Source of the DNA: the human T2T-CHM13v2.0 reference genome, Homo sapiens
DNA length: 64,000 bases
Assembly: GCF_009914755.1 (NCBI RefSeq)
Contig: NC_060929.1
Direction: 5' to 3' (one strand)
In this document: piece after piece, positions 1 to 14,971 of the stretch
How the letters are laid out: the number at the start of each line of letters is the position of its first letter
Numbering within the stretch: the first letter of the stretch is position 1
Program-made: the position numbers and the translations under genes
The notes under the pieces: generated by a model
Told to the model about the DNA's origin: nothing
Seen by the model: only the letters and a program-made list of their open reading frames with translations
Databases searched by the model: none

Positions 1-935
1 TTGGTGTGCTTTGTATTTTTTTGTTGTCATTGAAAGCTAAACATGTTAAACAAAGCATTAAATATTGAGATACGTAGGCCTTAAATTTGAGGATTTAAGT
101 TTATCTTGCAATAGGTTGCTCTGTGTTTGACATTTGTTGTAGCTATGGGTTCTAAAGACTTCACATTTCTATGCTGACCTTGTTTGTGTCTCACTTCTTG
201 ACTATTGACTATGGGGTTCCCTTTGCACTTCTCCTCATCATTGCTACTACTAATGAAGTCTTATGAGCGTGGCCATATCATGTACAGAAGAGAGGGCATT
301 CTCTAATCTTTTGATTAACTCTCAGTTTTTGGAGTGCACTGGGTCCTGTGTCTTGGAGCTGTGGCCTTCTTAAGTGTTTCTGTCCCTTCTCCAGTAATAG
401 GGCTTTGTTCCCCTGCCTCCTAATCCTTCGTCAGCTGCAGCAGCTATATTTTAATTTTTCTCCATCTATATTCTTGTAATTATGTTCCTTATTTTCTTTT
501 TAGTTAAGACAGGGAGGCTGGAATGGGGCTGGAGTGAGGAAGCTGGTGGGCCAGAGTTCCTGTGGACTGGCTAGAATGGGATTTTCTAATTGGCTTCTGA
601 TGATGACTTTCCTGAGATTAAACAAATCTTTTTTTTTTTTTTTTTTTCAGAAGAATGAAATGTCAGGGTGAACGTCACAGTAACTAAACTTTCTGTCCAC
701 CTACCACAGTCATAGGGGTTAAGGTTGAGCTTCACAATGAGAACCTGGCAGAGTGCCTAGAGTAAAAGGCTGTGAAAGTGTCTGGGAGATGGAGGCTATG
801 ACTGTGGCCCCCAGAAGGTTCTCATTCTCGTGTTAGCTGACAGTTGGCTTCTAGTAATTCATGAAAATTTCTACTTTACTGTTTTTATTGGTTTATGGCA
901 TCCTCCAGCTTCTGCTCTAGGTAAGTGAATCTGAG
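1..935 (-). mobile_element. Old L1M-type 5' region fragment (antisense), heavily diverged
   Basis: T-rich antisense-L1 composition; ends in 'cttctgctctaggtaagt', resembling antisense L1M 5'UTR; subfamily not resolved. Confidence 0.4.
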
Positions 936-939
936 GTCC

Positions 940-3030
940 TGTGTCTACCTAGAGTAGTTGTAGTTGGGGATGCTGTTTGGAGACTTTTTCAGGCCCCCAT
1001 GGTGAACTGCACTTTGGGCCTTTAAGATATTGGGGCAAGAATTCTAACCTCATATGCAGATAATTATTCTGCTTTTGATAAATGGCTCTTGGCCTGCTAT
1101 AGACACTTAATAGAAACTGAGTGCTTTGATCACAGGCCACCAAGTTACCTGTGCCACCCATCATAAACTGGCATTATCTGACCCACCAAGTCATATAGTT
1201 GGGCACACACAATACTTCATCTTCAAATGAAGGAGCCTGAATAGACTCAAAAGGCACAGGTCAGCTACATGCAGAAGTGGCCCTCTTGCCCATAGTACCC
1301 ACTTCTGCTGCACAGCCTGTCCTCTCCCAGCCTGCACCTGCAGCCTCATGGGGAGTTGTGTATGATCAATTGACATAGAAAAAGAAGACTTGGGCTTGGT
1401 TTACAGATGGTTCTGCCTGATATGTGGGCACCACTCTGAAAGTGGACAGATGTAATCCCTTCTCTGGGATATCCCTGAAGGACAGTGGTGAAGGAAAATC
1501 TTCCCAGAGGGCAGAACTTCAGGCAGTGCACCGGGTTGTGCCCTTTGCCTTGAAGGTGAAATGTTTAGGCATGAGATTATATTCCAAATCATGGGTATTA
1601 GCCAATGATTTGGCTGGATGGTCAGGGACTTGGGAGGAATATGATTGAAAAATATATTAAAAAGTTGACAATTTAATAATCTCCTAGATAGAATGACCTG
1701 TTACGTGGATATCAGACACACTCTTTCCCCAGCCACCCCTGTCATAACCCAATGGGTTCATGAACAAAATAGCCATGGTGGCAGGGATGGAGGTTAGGCA
1801 TGGGCTCAACAATGTGGAATACCACTCACCAATAATGGCCAGGCTATGGCCACTGCTGAGTGCTCAATCTTCCAGCAGTGGAAATCAACCCTGAGCCTCC
1901 AGTATGAAACCATTCGGTGGGATAATCAGCCAGCTACCTGGTGTCAAATTGATTAGAATGGACTGCTTTCATCATGGAAGGGGCAGCAATCTGACAACTA
2001 CTTTGGATATTGATTTGTCGCAATACATGCAATAGTTCTTTCAACAATACCATTTGTTTACCTCCAGGATGCCTTATCCACCATCATGGTATTCTCCTCA
2101 GAATTGTTTTTCATCATGAAACTCACTGAATAACTAACAAAATGCAGCAATGGGCCTATGCTCATGGAATTCAGTGGTCTTACCATATTACCCACCATCC
2201 TAAAGCAGCTGGTTTGACTAAGCAATGTTACAGTGTCAGCTAGGTGACAATCCCTTGTAGGGCTGGGTTAAGATTGTTTAGAAGATAGCGTATGCTCTGA
2301 ATCAGTGTCCAATATATGATGCTGCCTCTCCAATAGCTAGAATTCATGGGTCAAGGAATTAAGACGTGGAAATGAGAGTGATGTTACCATTATCTGAAGT
2401 AACCCACTATCACAACTTTTGCTTCCTCCTCTCATGACATTAGGTTCTGAGGGTCCAAAGGTTTTAGTTCCAAAGGGAGGAGTGTTTCCACCAAAAGACA
2501 CAACAGTGATTCCACTGAATGGCAAGTTAAGACTGCCACCATGTTAACTTCAGAAGTGATTTATAGTTTTGGCTGGAGTGATTAATCTTGACCATCAAAG
2601 GAAAATTGAACCATTACTCACAATGGAGGTAAAAAATAAGTATGTCTGCAATACAGATTTTTCGAGGAGTCTTAGTATTATCATACCTTGTGATTATGGT
2701 CCATAGAAAACCACAACCACCCAGTCAAGGCAGAAATTACTTCCTAATAGTCCACACATTTCAGGAATAAGGATTTGGGTTACCCCACAAGGTGAAGAAA
2801 CCATGACCTGCTTAGGTGCTTGGTGAAGTCAAAATAAATACAGAGTGGATAGTAAAATAAGGTAGTTATAAATACCAGTTATCTCAGAAATGAATACTGT
2901 AATTGTCATGAGTATTTCCTCCATATGTTCTTATGAAAATGTTTGTGTGTATTTACACATATATTAAGCAAATATTTTTATTTTCTCTCCTATTCCTTCA
3001 TGGTGCAACATAAGATGTATTGACTTTATT
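940..3030 (+). mobile_element. ERVL (HERV-L/ERVL-B4-like) internal region: degraded pol (tether, RNase H, integrase) and dUTPase
   Basis: ORF 1424-1648 'SLKDSGEGKSSQRAELQAVH...SWVLANDLAGWSGTWEEYD' matches HERV-L RNase H; 'gcttggtttacagatggttctgcc' = AWFTDGSA at ~1393; dUTPase-like 'KVLVPKGGVFPPKDTTVIPLN' at ~2460-2520; many stops and frameshifts. Confidence 0.92.
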
Positions 3031-3039
3031 TATTTATTA

Positions 3040-3910
3040 TTTTTTACATAAGCATCGAAAAATTGTTTTCTTTTTATACATCAACAAAATTTATTTGTAT
3101 TTACTGTATACAGCATGATATTTTGAAGTATACATACATTGTGAATTTACTAAATCCGGCTAATTAACAACGTATTACCTCACATAGTCATCATTTTTGT
3201 TTTGTAAGGAACACTTCACATCTACTCTCTTAGTACTTTTCAAGAATACAATATATTATTAACTATAGTCCCTAGGTTGTAAAATAGATCTCTTGAACTT
3301 ATTCCTCCTAACTGAAATGTTGTATCTTTTGGCCAATATCTTCCCAACCACCCCACTCCCAACTACCCCAGCCCCTGGTAGCCACTATTCTACTCTACCT
3401 CTATGAGATCAACTTTTTTAGAGTCCATATCTAAAAAGGGGGTGAGAACATGCAGTATTTGTTTTTCTGTGCCTGGTTAATTTCAATTAACATAATATCC
3501 TCCAAATTCATCCATGTTGTCACAAGTGACAGGATTTTATTTTTTTGTTTTTTTTTTTGTTTTGTTTTATAGGGTTTCACTCTGTCACCCAAGCTGAGTG
3601 CAGTGGTGCAATCACGGCTGACTACAGCCTTGACCTCCTGGACTGAAGCGATCCTTCCACCTCAGTCTCTCGAGTATCGGGGACCACAGGCACATGTCAC
3701 CATGCCTGGCTAATTTTTGATTTTTTGTAGAGACGAGGTCTCACTATTTTGCTTAGGCTTGTCTCGAACTCCTGAACACAAGTGATCCTCTTGCATCGAC
3801 CTCCCAAAGTGCTGGGATTACAGGCATGACCCACCATGCCTGGCTGGTTTTAATTCTTTTTTTCATAGCTTTTTAATACCTGAATAGTAGTCCATTGTAG
3901 ATATATAAAT
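3040..3910 (-). mobile_element. L1MA-type 3' end inserted in ERVL, itself interrupted by an Alu
   Basis: Antisense L1MA 3'UTR motifs ('tactctcttagtacttttcaagaatac', 'aatagatctcttgaacttattcctcct', 'gtgagaacatgcagtatttg'). Confidence 0.85.
3539..3845 (-). mobile_element. AluJ
   Basis: poly(T) then 'gggtttcactctgtcaccc...gactacagccttgacctcctgg'; J-type diagnostics. Confidence 0.9.
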
Positions 3911-4135
3911 CAGTTTAAGCATTATTATATTACAACGTAGTATTGAACTTATGGTACATTCAAAGAAGATTAAACAACGGTCAGGGACTTAAGGAAGAGA
4001 TTGGTGTGTTGTAGGTCGTATGCAGGATAGTTGTATCATGCTAGGTGGAATCATGACCCTGATATTGTCTTTATTTGAAAATTAAGCACAGTTTAAAGAG
4101 ATGCATATGGGTGCTAAGTTGACAAGAGGTGGACT
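3911..4135 (+). mobile_element. ERVL internal 3' end with polypurine tract
   Basis: 'gtgctaagttgacaagaggtggact' directly before the TGTGA LTR start. Confidence 0.8.
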
Positions 4136-4483
4136 TGTGATCATCCATTTTATGTGTCAACTTGACTGGCCTAAGGTATACCTTGATAGCTGGTAAAACA
4201 TTCAGGATATGTTTGTGAAAGTGTTTCTGGGAGAAATTAACATTTGAATTGGTAAAGTAAGTAAACCACATTGCTCCCTACAATGCAAGTGCATATTATC
4301 CAGCCTGTTCAGACTCAGAATAAATTATATCCCAGCTTTCCTGATTCTCCAGTTTTCAGAAAGAATATCCCAAGACCTGCCAGCTTCCATAATCTAGTGA
4401 GCCAATTCCCAGAATAAGTTTTCTCTTAAGCATGCATCTATATGCTGTTGTTTCTGTCTTTTTGGAGAAACCTGATTAATGCA
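4136..4483 (+). mobile_element. MLT2-family LTR (3' LTR of the ERVL)
   Basis: Starts 'tgtgatcatccattttatgtgtcaacttgactgg', ends 'tggagaaacctgattaatgca'. Confidence 0.88.
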
Positions 4484-4833
4484 ATCTATAATCTATATCA
4501 GTAGATGCTCTCCTAGACTAGCCTTCTTGTGTATTTTGCCCTCATCACCTGTTTTGCTTTTTTTTTTTTATGTTTTCATTCACATTTGGAAGGAAATTAG
4601 AACAGCATTCGTCCTCGTAGCTAAGACAAAGGAGTGCCACGTCCTTCCCATTTATTCAAACCAAAACTTTAAGGGAATGAAAAGTCATGTGGAATCATGA
4701 GAAAAAAAATGCAGCCCCTAGGAGGTTTCAGTTCTCTGGGTTAGAATCCTCGTAGAACCTGCCATGTGGAGTTTATGGGAGTATTAAATAATGGAGAGAT
4801 ATATTAAATACCTAGGAAATGGTAAGTGCCAAT

Positions 4834-4945
4834 TAGAGTGATCAATTATCCCAGTTTGCTTGTGACTTTCCCAGTTTTAACACTAGGAGTCCCATGCCTA
4901 GGAAACCCCTCAGTCATGAGCAAACTGAGGCAGCTGGTCACTCTA
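4834..4945. mobile_element. MER81-like hAT (Blackjack) MITE
   Basis: TIRs 'tagagtgatca...tggtcactcta'; internal 'cccagttttaacact..gagtcc...ggaaacccctcagtc'; ~112 bp. Confidence 0.8.
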
Positions 4946-5933
4946 GTGATGGCTAATGTGTAACGTGCCAATACGCATTAGCCATTATTAAGTTTCTAAA
5001 ATTCAGAACTGTGACTAAAACTTTTGTGGCCTACAGCAATTACCATGAAGGTAGCTTTAATCAAGTTTTAAAAGCTCATATGGTGGTACACACAAGGATA
5101 TCCTTAACAATACGAGTCTTCTCCCACTTTTCTGTTTTAACTTTTTATTCTTGAATTGGAAGCATGGCTTTTAAAATCCCACGTTTCAAATTATGAACAT
5201 TTTGAATGTTGATGACCCAGGGCAATGCCATCTCCCTACCTTCTGAGGCTTCTCTCAACCACAATCATCAGCCCATTGAGAAAATATTTTGAATACAACT
5301 TTCTGCCACACTGAATATATTTCTCTTTCACAGAAATACTCTGAGGGAATATAAAACATATCATGCCAGAGTGTTGTGAAACCCCATATCCAGGGAGCAA
5401 TTAATTTGTGCAGAAAGTTTTATATATTTACAATACTGAATGCCGTGAAAAGCCATTTCCTTCAGAGAAAATAAATCACACTCTTTTTCCTAAAATCTGA
5501 GTACTTGATATTGTTTTATTTTACATAAAAATTTATTCTATAATCACTCTTAGGGATTTTTTTTAGTTCATAGATTTATGCTCTTGGCAAAGTCTCTGCT
5601 GTACTTCTCTCCCACCAATTTTCTCGGGTTTCTCAGCAGCATTTACAACTATGGTTCCTCTTAAATTTCAAAGTAATTCTAAAGTGTTTGTGCTACCCTA
5701 TTGCATTAATTTTCTGTTGTTGTTGTAAGCTGTAACATAATCTTTTTCTTGGTGGGGAGGGGGGAAAGTGAAGTTTCAGATGGTTCACAAGATCGCCATT
5801 CGTGATGGGATTTTCACTTCTCCTCATTACAGCAGAAAGCATCCTGAGGAGTGTGTTCTCAGAGCAGACAACAAAAGTGACACAGACTTACTTCCCTATC
5901 CTCTATTTTACCAACTGTACGGAGTATGATAAC

Positions 5934-6462
5934 TGTATTAAGATTTTCCAGAGAAAAAGAACAAATGAAATAGATATAGATATGAATACAGACATAGATA
6001 TAGATAATATAGCAAAACATTTATTATGAGGGATTAGCTGTTGCTATTATGATAGCTGTGAATTACCACAGTCTGCTCTCTTCAAGTTGGAAGCTCAAGA
6101 AAACCAGTGGTGTCGGTTCCAGTCCAAATATGAAGGTCTGAGAACCAGAAGAGCCAATTGTGAAACTACCAGTTCATTGCTGAATGTCTGAGAATCGGGA
6201 ACTCTGATGTCTGAGGGCAGGAGAAGATGGATATCCCAGCTCAAGAAGAGAGAGAGAATTCACCCTTCCTCCACTTTTTTAATCTATTCAGGCCATCAAA
6301 GGATTGGATAATTCCAGTTTATGTTAGGGAAGACCTTCTGTCTTAACTCAGTTCACCAATTCCAATGCTAACCCTTACAGACGCACCTTGAGATAATGTT
6401 TTTTGCAACTATCTGGGCATTCCTTAGTCCAATCAAGTTGACACATAAAATTAACCATTACA
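5934..6462 (-). mobile_element. Solo MLT2 (MLT2B/C-like) LTR
   Basis: 'tgtatta...ccagaga' start, (GATATA)n patch, ends 'caagttgacacataaaattaaccattaca'. Confidence 0.9.
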
Positions 6463-6477
6463 TAGATAAACTGGGTT

Positions 6478-7250
<773 letters not shown>

Positions 7251-9214
7251 TGTTTGAAGAGGACCAAGCCTTGTTTCAGAGACTAATTTCTCTTAGAACC
7301 AACAAAATTTCAAAGAGTATTGGTAACGTAGTCCCATTGCTTAGGAAGTTTCTTGATTTTTAAAATATGTCAGTGAATGGTGAATCCATAAATGATTTGG
7401 TTTCACATTTACATCTCTGAAATTTTGACTTATATACAAAAATCACGTCTCCCGTAGGATGTGTTCTCAAGCCAGAAATTCCATTAAAACATGAATAAAA
7501 TGGGCATATACTGAGCATGGCTGTGGCATCATATGCTCTGTGGGCACTATTCCCAGATCCTCATGCTTTAATGCTGCTTTCATGATCAAAGTTTGCAAAT
7601 TCCAGACTTCTTCAAAGGCGCGGTCACAACTCTGACTTCAGGGAGGCTCTCTCCTCTCAGTAGCATGGTCCTACACAGCCAACAGCATTCTCCTAACTCT
7701 GTCCCCAGATCCCAAACTTTCAGAGTGCTGTCTCTGCTGATGCTGTGGAATGTCTGTGAGAGCAATTTCTAATCAAGACCCACACAGTGAAAATCTATAC
7801 AATGGATTTTGGTCTCACGCAACCATCAATCTAACTTCATGAAAACAAAGGTTACCCAAAGCAGGTAAAATATACAATGTTGCTAGGGACTGTGGCATAT
7901 GAACCTCCCTCAGCCTGCTTTACTATGTATTCACTATTTTGAAACATTCTTTCTTTTTATTTTTTAACAAAAGTTGTATAAGTAACCAGCAATGACATGT
8001 AAAATGAAACAATATCCTTATATTATGACAAAAATTCAATACTTTACAACATAGAATGAGAGAGATGTTTGCAGGCATACAAGTATTGTCAGTTCTATAT
8101 ATTTTATAATAATTTCTGGGTTTTATACTCAGGTGATATATCACAATATCATGTTGAGTTCCATGAACTGTTCTGTATTTTAATGATAGTCTCTAAATGT
8201 AGGTAGAGACAAGGGCATTTTTTTTTTTGGCATGGGGTTATTGATCTGTTTCACCTTATCAATATCAACATAATAAGTATATTGTGTATTTTTATCTTTA
8301 ATTTTTTTATTTTTTCTCAAATTCTATCCTACTAATTTTTTTTCCTCAAATTCTATTCTGCTTCTCAGCTCACCACCTTTGAGCTTTCTTTCTCTCATAT
8401 TTATATTCTCTGGAAATGTAGCTCCAACTTATGTTTTTCCTTTGAGTAGTCAACATTTAATAAGTGGTAAACTGTGGCTAGAAGCTACGTACTTGTTAAT
8501 TAAAACTGCCACTTTGAATTTTTCCACCTGTCTGGTTTACTTGTTTCAAGCAAATTTGTAAGCATGGATTTACAAACCCTTATTGAAACTCTTTAATTGC
8601 CACAGAAATTTTAGGTTAAAACTGATGTATGCAATTGTAGACAAGCTTTGAAAAAAAATATTTATCAGAGGCTTTTAGACAAATCTGAATTTATTTATTT
8701 CCTGAGTAATTTCCATGATAAATTTTTCCAGCAATCAGACAAGGTTTACTCTTAACTTTTTTCTTGATGCAAACATCCTGCTTATTTGCATAAATTGTAC
8801 TGTATAAATGTATTTGTTTGTACATAAAAATTATTTTATAATGCTTTTCTTTCATTCAACTTTAAATCGATCTTTTTTGATTTTGAAATCTATGCCTTTT
8901 GATAAAACTTCACTCCTGGTAGATAGGAGTAAGCATCTGTAAAATTTTCCTCATTCTACATGAAAATAAGTACTGGTTGGACACATGGTATGAGTTATAA
9001 ATATAATATGTAAAATTAGTACTATATACAATATATTATGTGTTATATTAATATGTAAATATTATGTACAGTGTACCAAGTTCATTTCACTTTGTTAGAG
9101 TGATAGCAGAGGTTGATAGGTATTTTCATATTTTATTTAATATTGTTATAATAGTCTTAGTGTTTTGTTTTGTTTTAGGATGGACAGAATAGAAGAAATT
9201 ATACAGAATGGGAA

Positions 9215-9427
9215 CTGTCATTAGTAATATTGTATTGTCTACTGAAAATTTGCTAAGAGTAGATTTTAGGTTCCCTTACCTTCCACCCCCAACCCCCCAC
9301 CACACACACATACACACAAAAGGTAACTATAGAAGGTGATTAATATTTTAATTTGTTTGACTGTAGTAATCATTTCACCATGTATATACAAAATCATGTT
9401 GTATACATTTAATTTACATAATAAAAT
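9215..9427 (+). mobile_element. L1MA/MB 3' end
   Basis: 'tattgtattgtctactgaaaatttgctaagagtagattttag...ggtaactat...catgttgtatac...aataaaa'. Confidence 0.85.
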
Positions 9428-10099
9428 ATATTTAAATATATGTATAATATTTAAAATTCTAACCTTGTATCAATTTAATACATTGATATACTACATTTTT
9501 ATTCAGTTTACCTAGTTTCTACTTACCAAGAAATCCAAGGTTTATATTGCTAAGCTGGCTGTTGGGGGCGGGGGGAGCCGGTGGCGGGGGGGAGCGTATT
9601 TTAAAACATTTCATTCACTGAAAAAGCTTGAATATAAATTTTACTTTTGGTATAAGTTGTATATTTTTAAGACCGCAAGTCATTTCACATATATTATTTT
9701 ACTTACTGTTGGTTTTTCTTAATTGAATTTTTTGTATCATTTTCCCTACAGACGTCATTAAAAGCTTTCTTTATGTTCATGTTTTATTGAACAAACAAGG
9801 ATATTCTTCCATTACTATATAAATTGCTCTTGAAAAGTGCATTTCCCCAAATCAATGATCTCACGTTTTGCTGGTTTTATATATTCCTGATTGTAATAGT
9901 AATTATTGAGACCAAATTAGTAGAGACAAATTTTTCTCTGACCATTAAAAACTAACATTTAGTGGCTATTTGTATTTTAAAATTTTTTTTTCTTGACTAC
10001 CCATCATCCTAAGAATCAATGTTTTATCAGAATAAAAAAATTAATCTTGTCTACAGTTTTTCCCTGATAAAACTCTTTTCCTAATCGATTGGCTATTGA

Positions 10100-10430
<331 letters not shown>

Positions 10431-11099
10431 CGTAGCATTCCCTTTTTACCTTCTATCATTTAAAGGGTAAATATGGATGAAGTGACCATTGAAAGTTGAT
10501 GGGATTATAAATGGGAGAGGGAGGCTGCCACCCCATGTGTTAGGGGACTGTTTTAATTGCCTTGTGCAGAACAGATGAGAGCTTTAGTATATTAGTTATA
10601 TTAGAAACATTTTTCCAGCAGAATTAAGGTTATTTAGCCCAGGTCCTCCTTCCACTCCCTAAGGGTCTCTTAGAGGGTACGTATTTTCATACAAACTACA
10701 CAAAAATTAATATCATGAGGCTTTGTAATTAAGCACCATTATTTCTAGAGGGGCTTTCAGGGCCTTGAAGTTCTAATAATTATGATTCCCAATGCTATAC
10801 TAACATGTTATAAGTGTTTTAGAGATAGAAAATCTGGGATAAAAAAGTTTTTATTTTTCCAGAATCTTATAGCTGCGTGATACATTAAATGATCTAGCTG
10901 TAAAAATGGAATAATCCTAGTGCATGAAAAGAAATCAGTATATTGTATACTTGGAACTAGTTTAAAATCATAACATTAATCTTACAGGAAAAATATATGA
11001 GAAGGTTGTGAACATCTCTATCAAGTATAATTCCTAAAAGGACTGTCTTTAAGCACATGTGTGTAAGAGGTGTTTCATGGCTTAAGTAACCGCCTTCCG

Positions 11100-12500
11100 A
11101 TTTCTCTTTTTGTATTTGCAGATGACTTGAGACATCTCATTATCAACTTGATTTTTACATCCCCTAGAAATAATGTGAGCTTTATTGCCTGGATGCCTAG
11201 TGATATTTTCCTGTTTTGTTTTGTTTTGTTTTGAAGTCTAGTAGTTCTATAAGAACATATCTAAGTTTTCATTGTTATGGGATGATTTTCCTAAATACGT
11301 ATTACTTCTTTTAAATATTTAGGTTCCAATAAACATTTAATTGGAGAAAGTTGATTTTAATTACAAGTTTCAGTCTTTGTTCTTTTCCATTGCTTCAGTT
11401 TTCTTCTGTGTTGATTCCATTGTTGAAATTCTTTGACTGCCTCCTGCAGCTTCTGTTTTCTCTCAAATCTGTTTTTATCTCTGTTCACTCTTGTGTTACT
11501 TTCAACTTAGTTTTCTTTCCTTAATTTTTAAAATTTCTCTCTCTATTATTTTTTTAACTGAGTTCTACTTCTTTCCCTTTGTCAGTTTCCCTTTTTGCAT
11601 TTTCATTTTTGTCTAATCGTTCATACCTGAGTTGCTCTGATTCTGGTGGTGCTGTTCTTTTACATCTCCAGTTGTTTTCTTGATTTCTTTTAGCTCATTT
11701 TGTAGTATTAAACTTTTGGTTTACTTCTTTTCTGACCATGTCTTTCTAGTGTCTTCATGTCTGTTGGGATGTCAGTAAGTGAATTCTCCTTTTTACCTTT
11801 GGTTGTATCTGGATACGCTTTCATTGCACTCAATTCATGCCTTGTGTTTGAACACAATGGCTGTTCTGCCCCTTTAAAGGGAGGCTTCTATGCAGATGGT
11901 TGGTGGGTGCACCACTATACATTTTCTATCTTCAAGAATCTAAGGTTCTCTACTTTTCTGTTTCCAAAACAGTGTTAAAAAAATATGGCTCCTCTTTATT
12001 TTGTGGGATCCTTCTTTCTATTCCTCTTTCCATCGTATATTTGGACCTCATCTTTACTTTTGCTCTTGGATTCACTGTACTTCACAATTTGATTCTCCTC
12101 CCAGTGATTTCTCCTCGTAATAAATCTCTGCTCTGAATCGGAGCTTAGGCTGCAGAATTTCACGTGCTATTTCTTCCCAGGCTATGCCAGCATCATTGGA
12201 ACTTCCTGCAACCCTGCAGCCCTCACCCCACTCTTCCCCATTTCAGCTTTTGTCTTCAAGTCATCCCACCAAGACTCCATTCTGGATGAAAACTTCTCTT
12301 TTTGTTAGGAATTTCTGGGTTCTGTGCATTTCAGACTGATCTGAGGTTTCACAGACCTCTGTTTCATCCCATAGAATTGCTCATATTACATTGGGTAGTT
12401 GCTGAGAGTGGCCAGCCTTCCTGGATCTTGAGGTTTATGGGAATACTTGTCACCTTTTTTTGCTTTTTTAAAGTTTCTAAAAAACTACTTTAGTTATTAC
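11100..12500 (-). mobile_element. Ancient HAL1/L1M-like fragment
   Basis: Long T-rich degenerate tract with HAL1-like phrases ('ttgaagtctagtagt', 'gaaagttgattttaatta'). Confidence 0.45.
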
Positions 12501-12974
12501 TTTTCTCACTTTTATGTGTTTTTACCTCAATTAAATGGAAACCATCTGGAAGCAGTAGAAAACCTATAGGTAGACAATCTCACCCTAAATCTGATCTTTA
12601 CTCTAAGTCACATTATTATTTACTGAGCCTTTGTTATCAACGTCTTTTTGAATCCAATCCTTCACTGTTTGGGTTCTAAAAGCATTGAGTTTTTCCTGTC
12701 CTAAAAATCACCACGTTTCTGGGCACTGAATTTTCTTTCACGTACATGGGCGAATTAGGCAATTATTTCATGAAATCTTCTGCTCTTGCAAATTTTTCTA
12801 GGCTACTGCAGGTAAAAGCTTTACTAAATATTTACTTCTGCATAAAATTATCACCTTAAGTCTTAACCTCCTGAAATCAGTTTCCTTGCTGGTCCTCACA
12901 TTTCAAAGTTTTGTTTTCATTTCTTTGCTTTTGGCAACTTTTTTTTTACAAGATACATAATCCTGTAGGACAAA

Positions 12975-13385
12975 GGAAAGTGGGTTCTATAGAGATAACA
13001 AGTCACACCTGGAATATCGGTGGCCTAGTAAAGAAAAAAAAAAAAGGTATAAGTCTCACTCACCTCTCTGTGTAAAGTAGGAAAGCCAGATCTTCCTCAC
13101 CACTCTTGTCCAGTCAGTGGCTCCAAGATCCAAATTTCTTTCTTTTTTTTTTTTTTGTATAAGTATCTGTGACAGCTACAACAAGTAACTTCCTTGGTTG
13201 CATGACAGGGAAAGAGAAGATTGCGTTTTTTTAAGGACTGTATTTGCAAGTGGTATGTCACCTCTGACCACATTCCCTTGACAAAGCTCAGTTACAGACT
13301 CCAACTAATCTGTAAAGGAGACTTGGAAATGTAGTCTCCTTTATGGTCAACAAGGTACTAGAATATAGTGAACATATAACATCGG
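12975..13385 (-). mobile_element. Old MLT1 (MaLR) LTR
   Basis: 'ggtggccta...', 'cacattcccttgacaaagctcagttaca...ggaaatgtagtct'. Confidence 0.65.
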
Positions 13386-13615
13386 TGTACACGTGAGTAA
13401 GTACTTTTTGCCATGAAGTAGGTCTTTCAAAACAAATGAAATGTTCTCTCTTATCCTTTGTAATTTTAATAGTAAAATTTTCCCTCAGTAAGTTCAAATA
13501 TTTTTTAATAAGATATTTTTTAAAGGGTTGGATGCTATGATGGGATCCAGGATACACAGAAATACTTAACTTGAGGCCAGGAACAGTAAATGAGGAAAGA
13601 AAATTAAGTGTTTTA

Positions 13616-13696
13616 TTTATTTATATATTTTTTTGAGACGGAGTCTTGCTCTGTCGCCCAGCCTGCGATTACAGGTGTGAGCCACCGCGCCCGGCC
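13616..13696 (-). mobile_element. Internally deleted Alu (both termini only) with perfect 15-bp TSD
   Basis: 'ttttgagacggagtcttgctctgtcgcccagcctg|cgattacaggtgtgagccaccgcgcccggcc' flanked by aaattaagtgtttta at 13601-13615 and 13697-13711. Confidence 0.92.
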
Positions 13697-14368
13697 AAAT
13701 TAAGTGTTTTAATAGTGTTTCCAGATAACTTGAATGAGAGGGCAATAACTAGGGCTCAGAATAAGTTCTGAAATTCTGAATGTGGTGAGAAACCATAAGT
13801 TAACTAAAAAGCTTAGCATCAAACCTATAATGGAATTTAAATTTTAATGAATATATGACTAAGGAAAAGAATTTTGAAAAAGTAAGTCTCAAAGCACAGA
13901 AAGAAAAATGACATATAAGAGGAGGCAAGAAATATATGTCTGTATTTGAAGTTTATCTTAGAATTTTGTCAGCTTATAATACTTACATTTCACAGTGAAC
14001 CATATTTTAAAGAATAAAGAATAATATTGTTTCATTGATGGAATTATATATCTGGGAGTACAGATGCAGAATTTATAATGAATTAACTTAAAAATAAAAT
14101 CAAGAGGAATGTCACTGCTAACATTTAGAGAACAGAAAATTTAGTCAAAGACAGATGTTTTATAATAGCACATGCATATGCAGGTGAAACATTATCATAC
14201 TTGGTAAAAGTTTTCATTTTATAAAAGTTCGTTTTGTAAAATATGTCATAGAGAAGAATGTATAAAAATGTTTTTACATTTTTAAGAATAGCTGTAAAAC
14301 AATAGTTTTGTAATTTCCATTCATGTTAAACAACAGAACATTTTTAGTACCTTTAAAAAATAGGCTTG

Positions 14369-14971
<603 letters not shown>

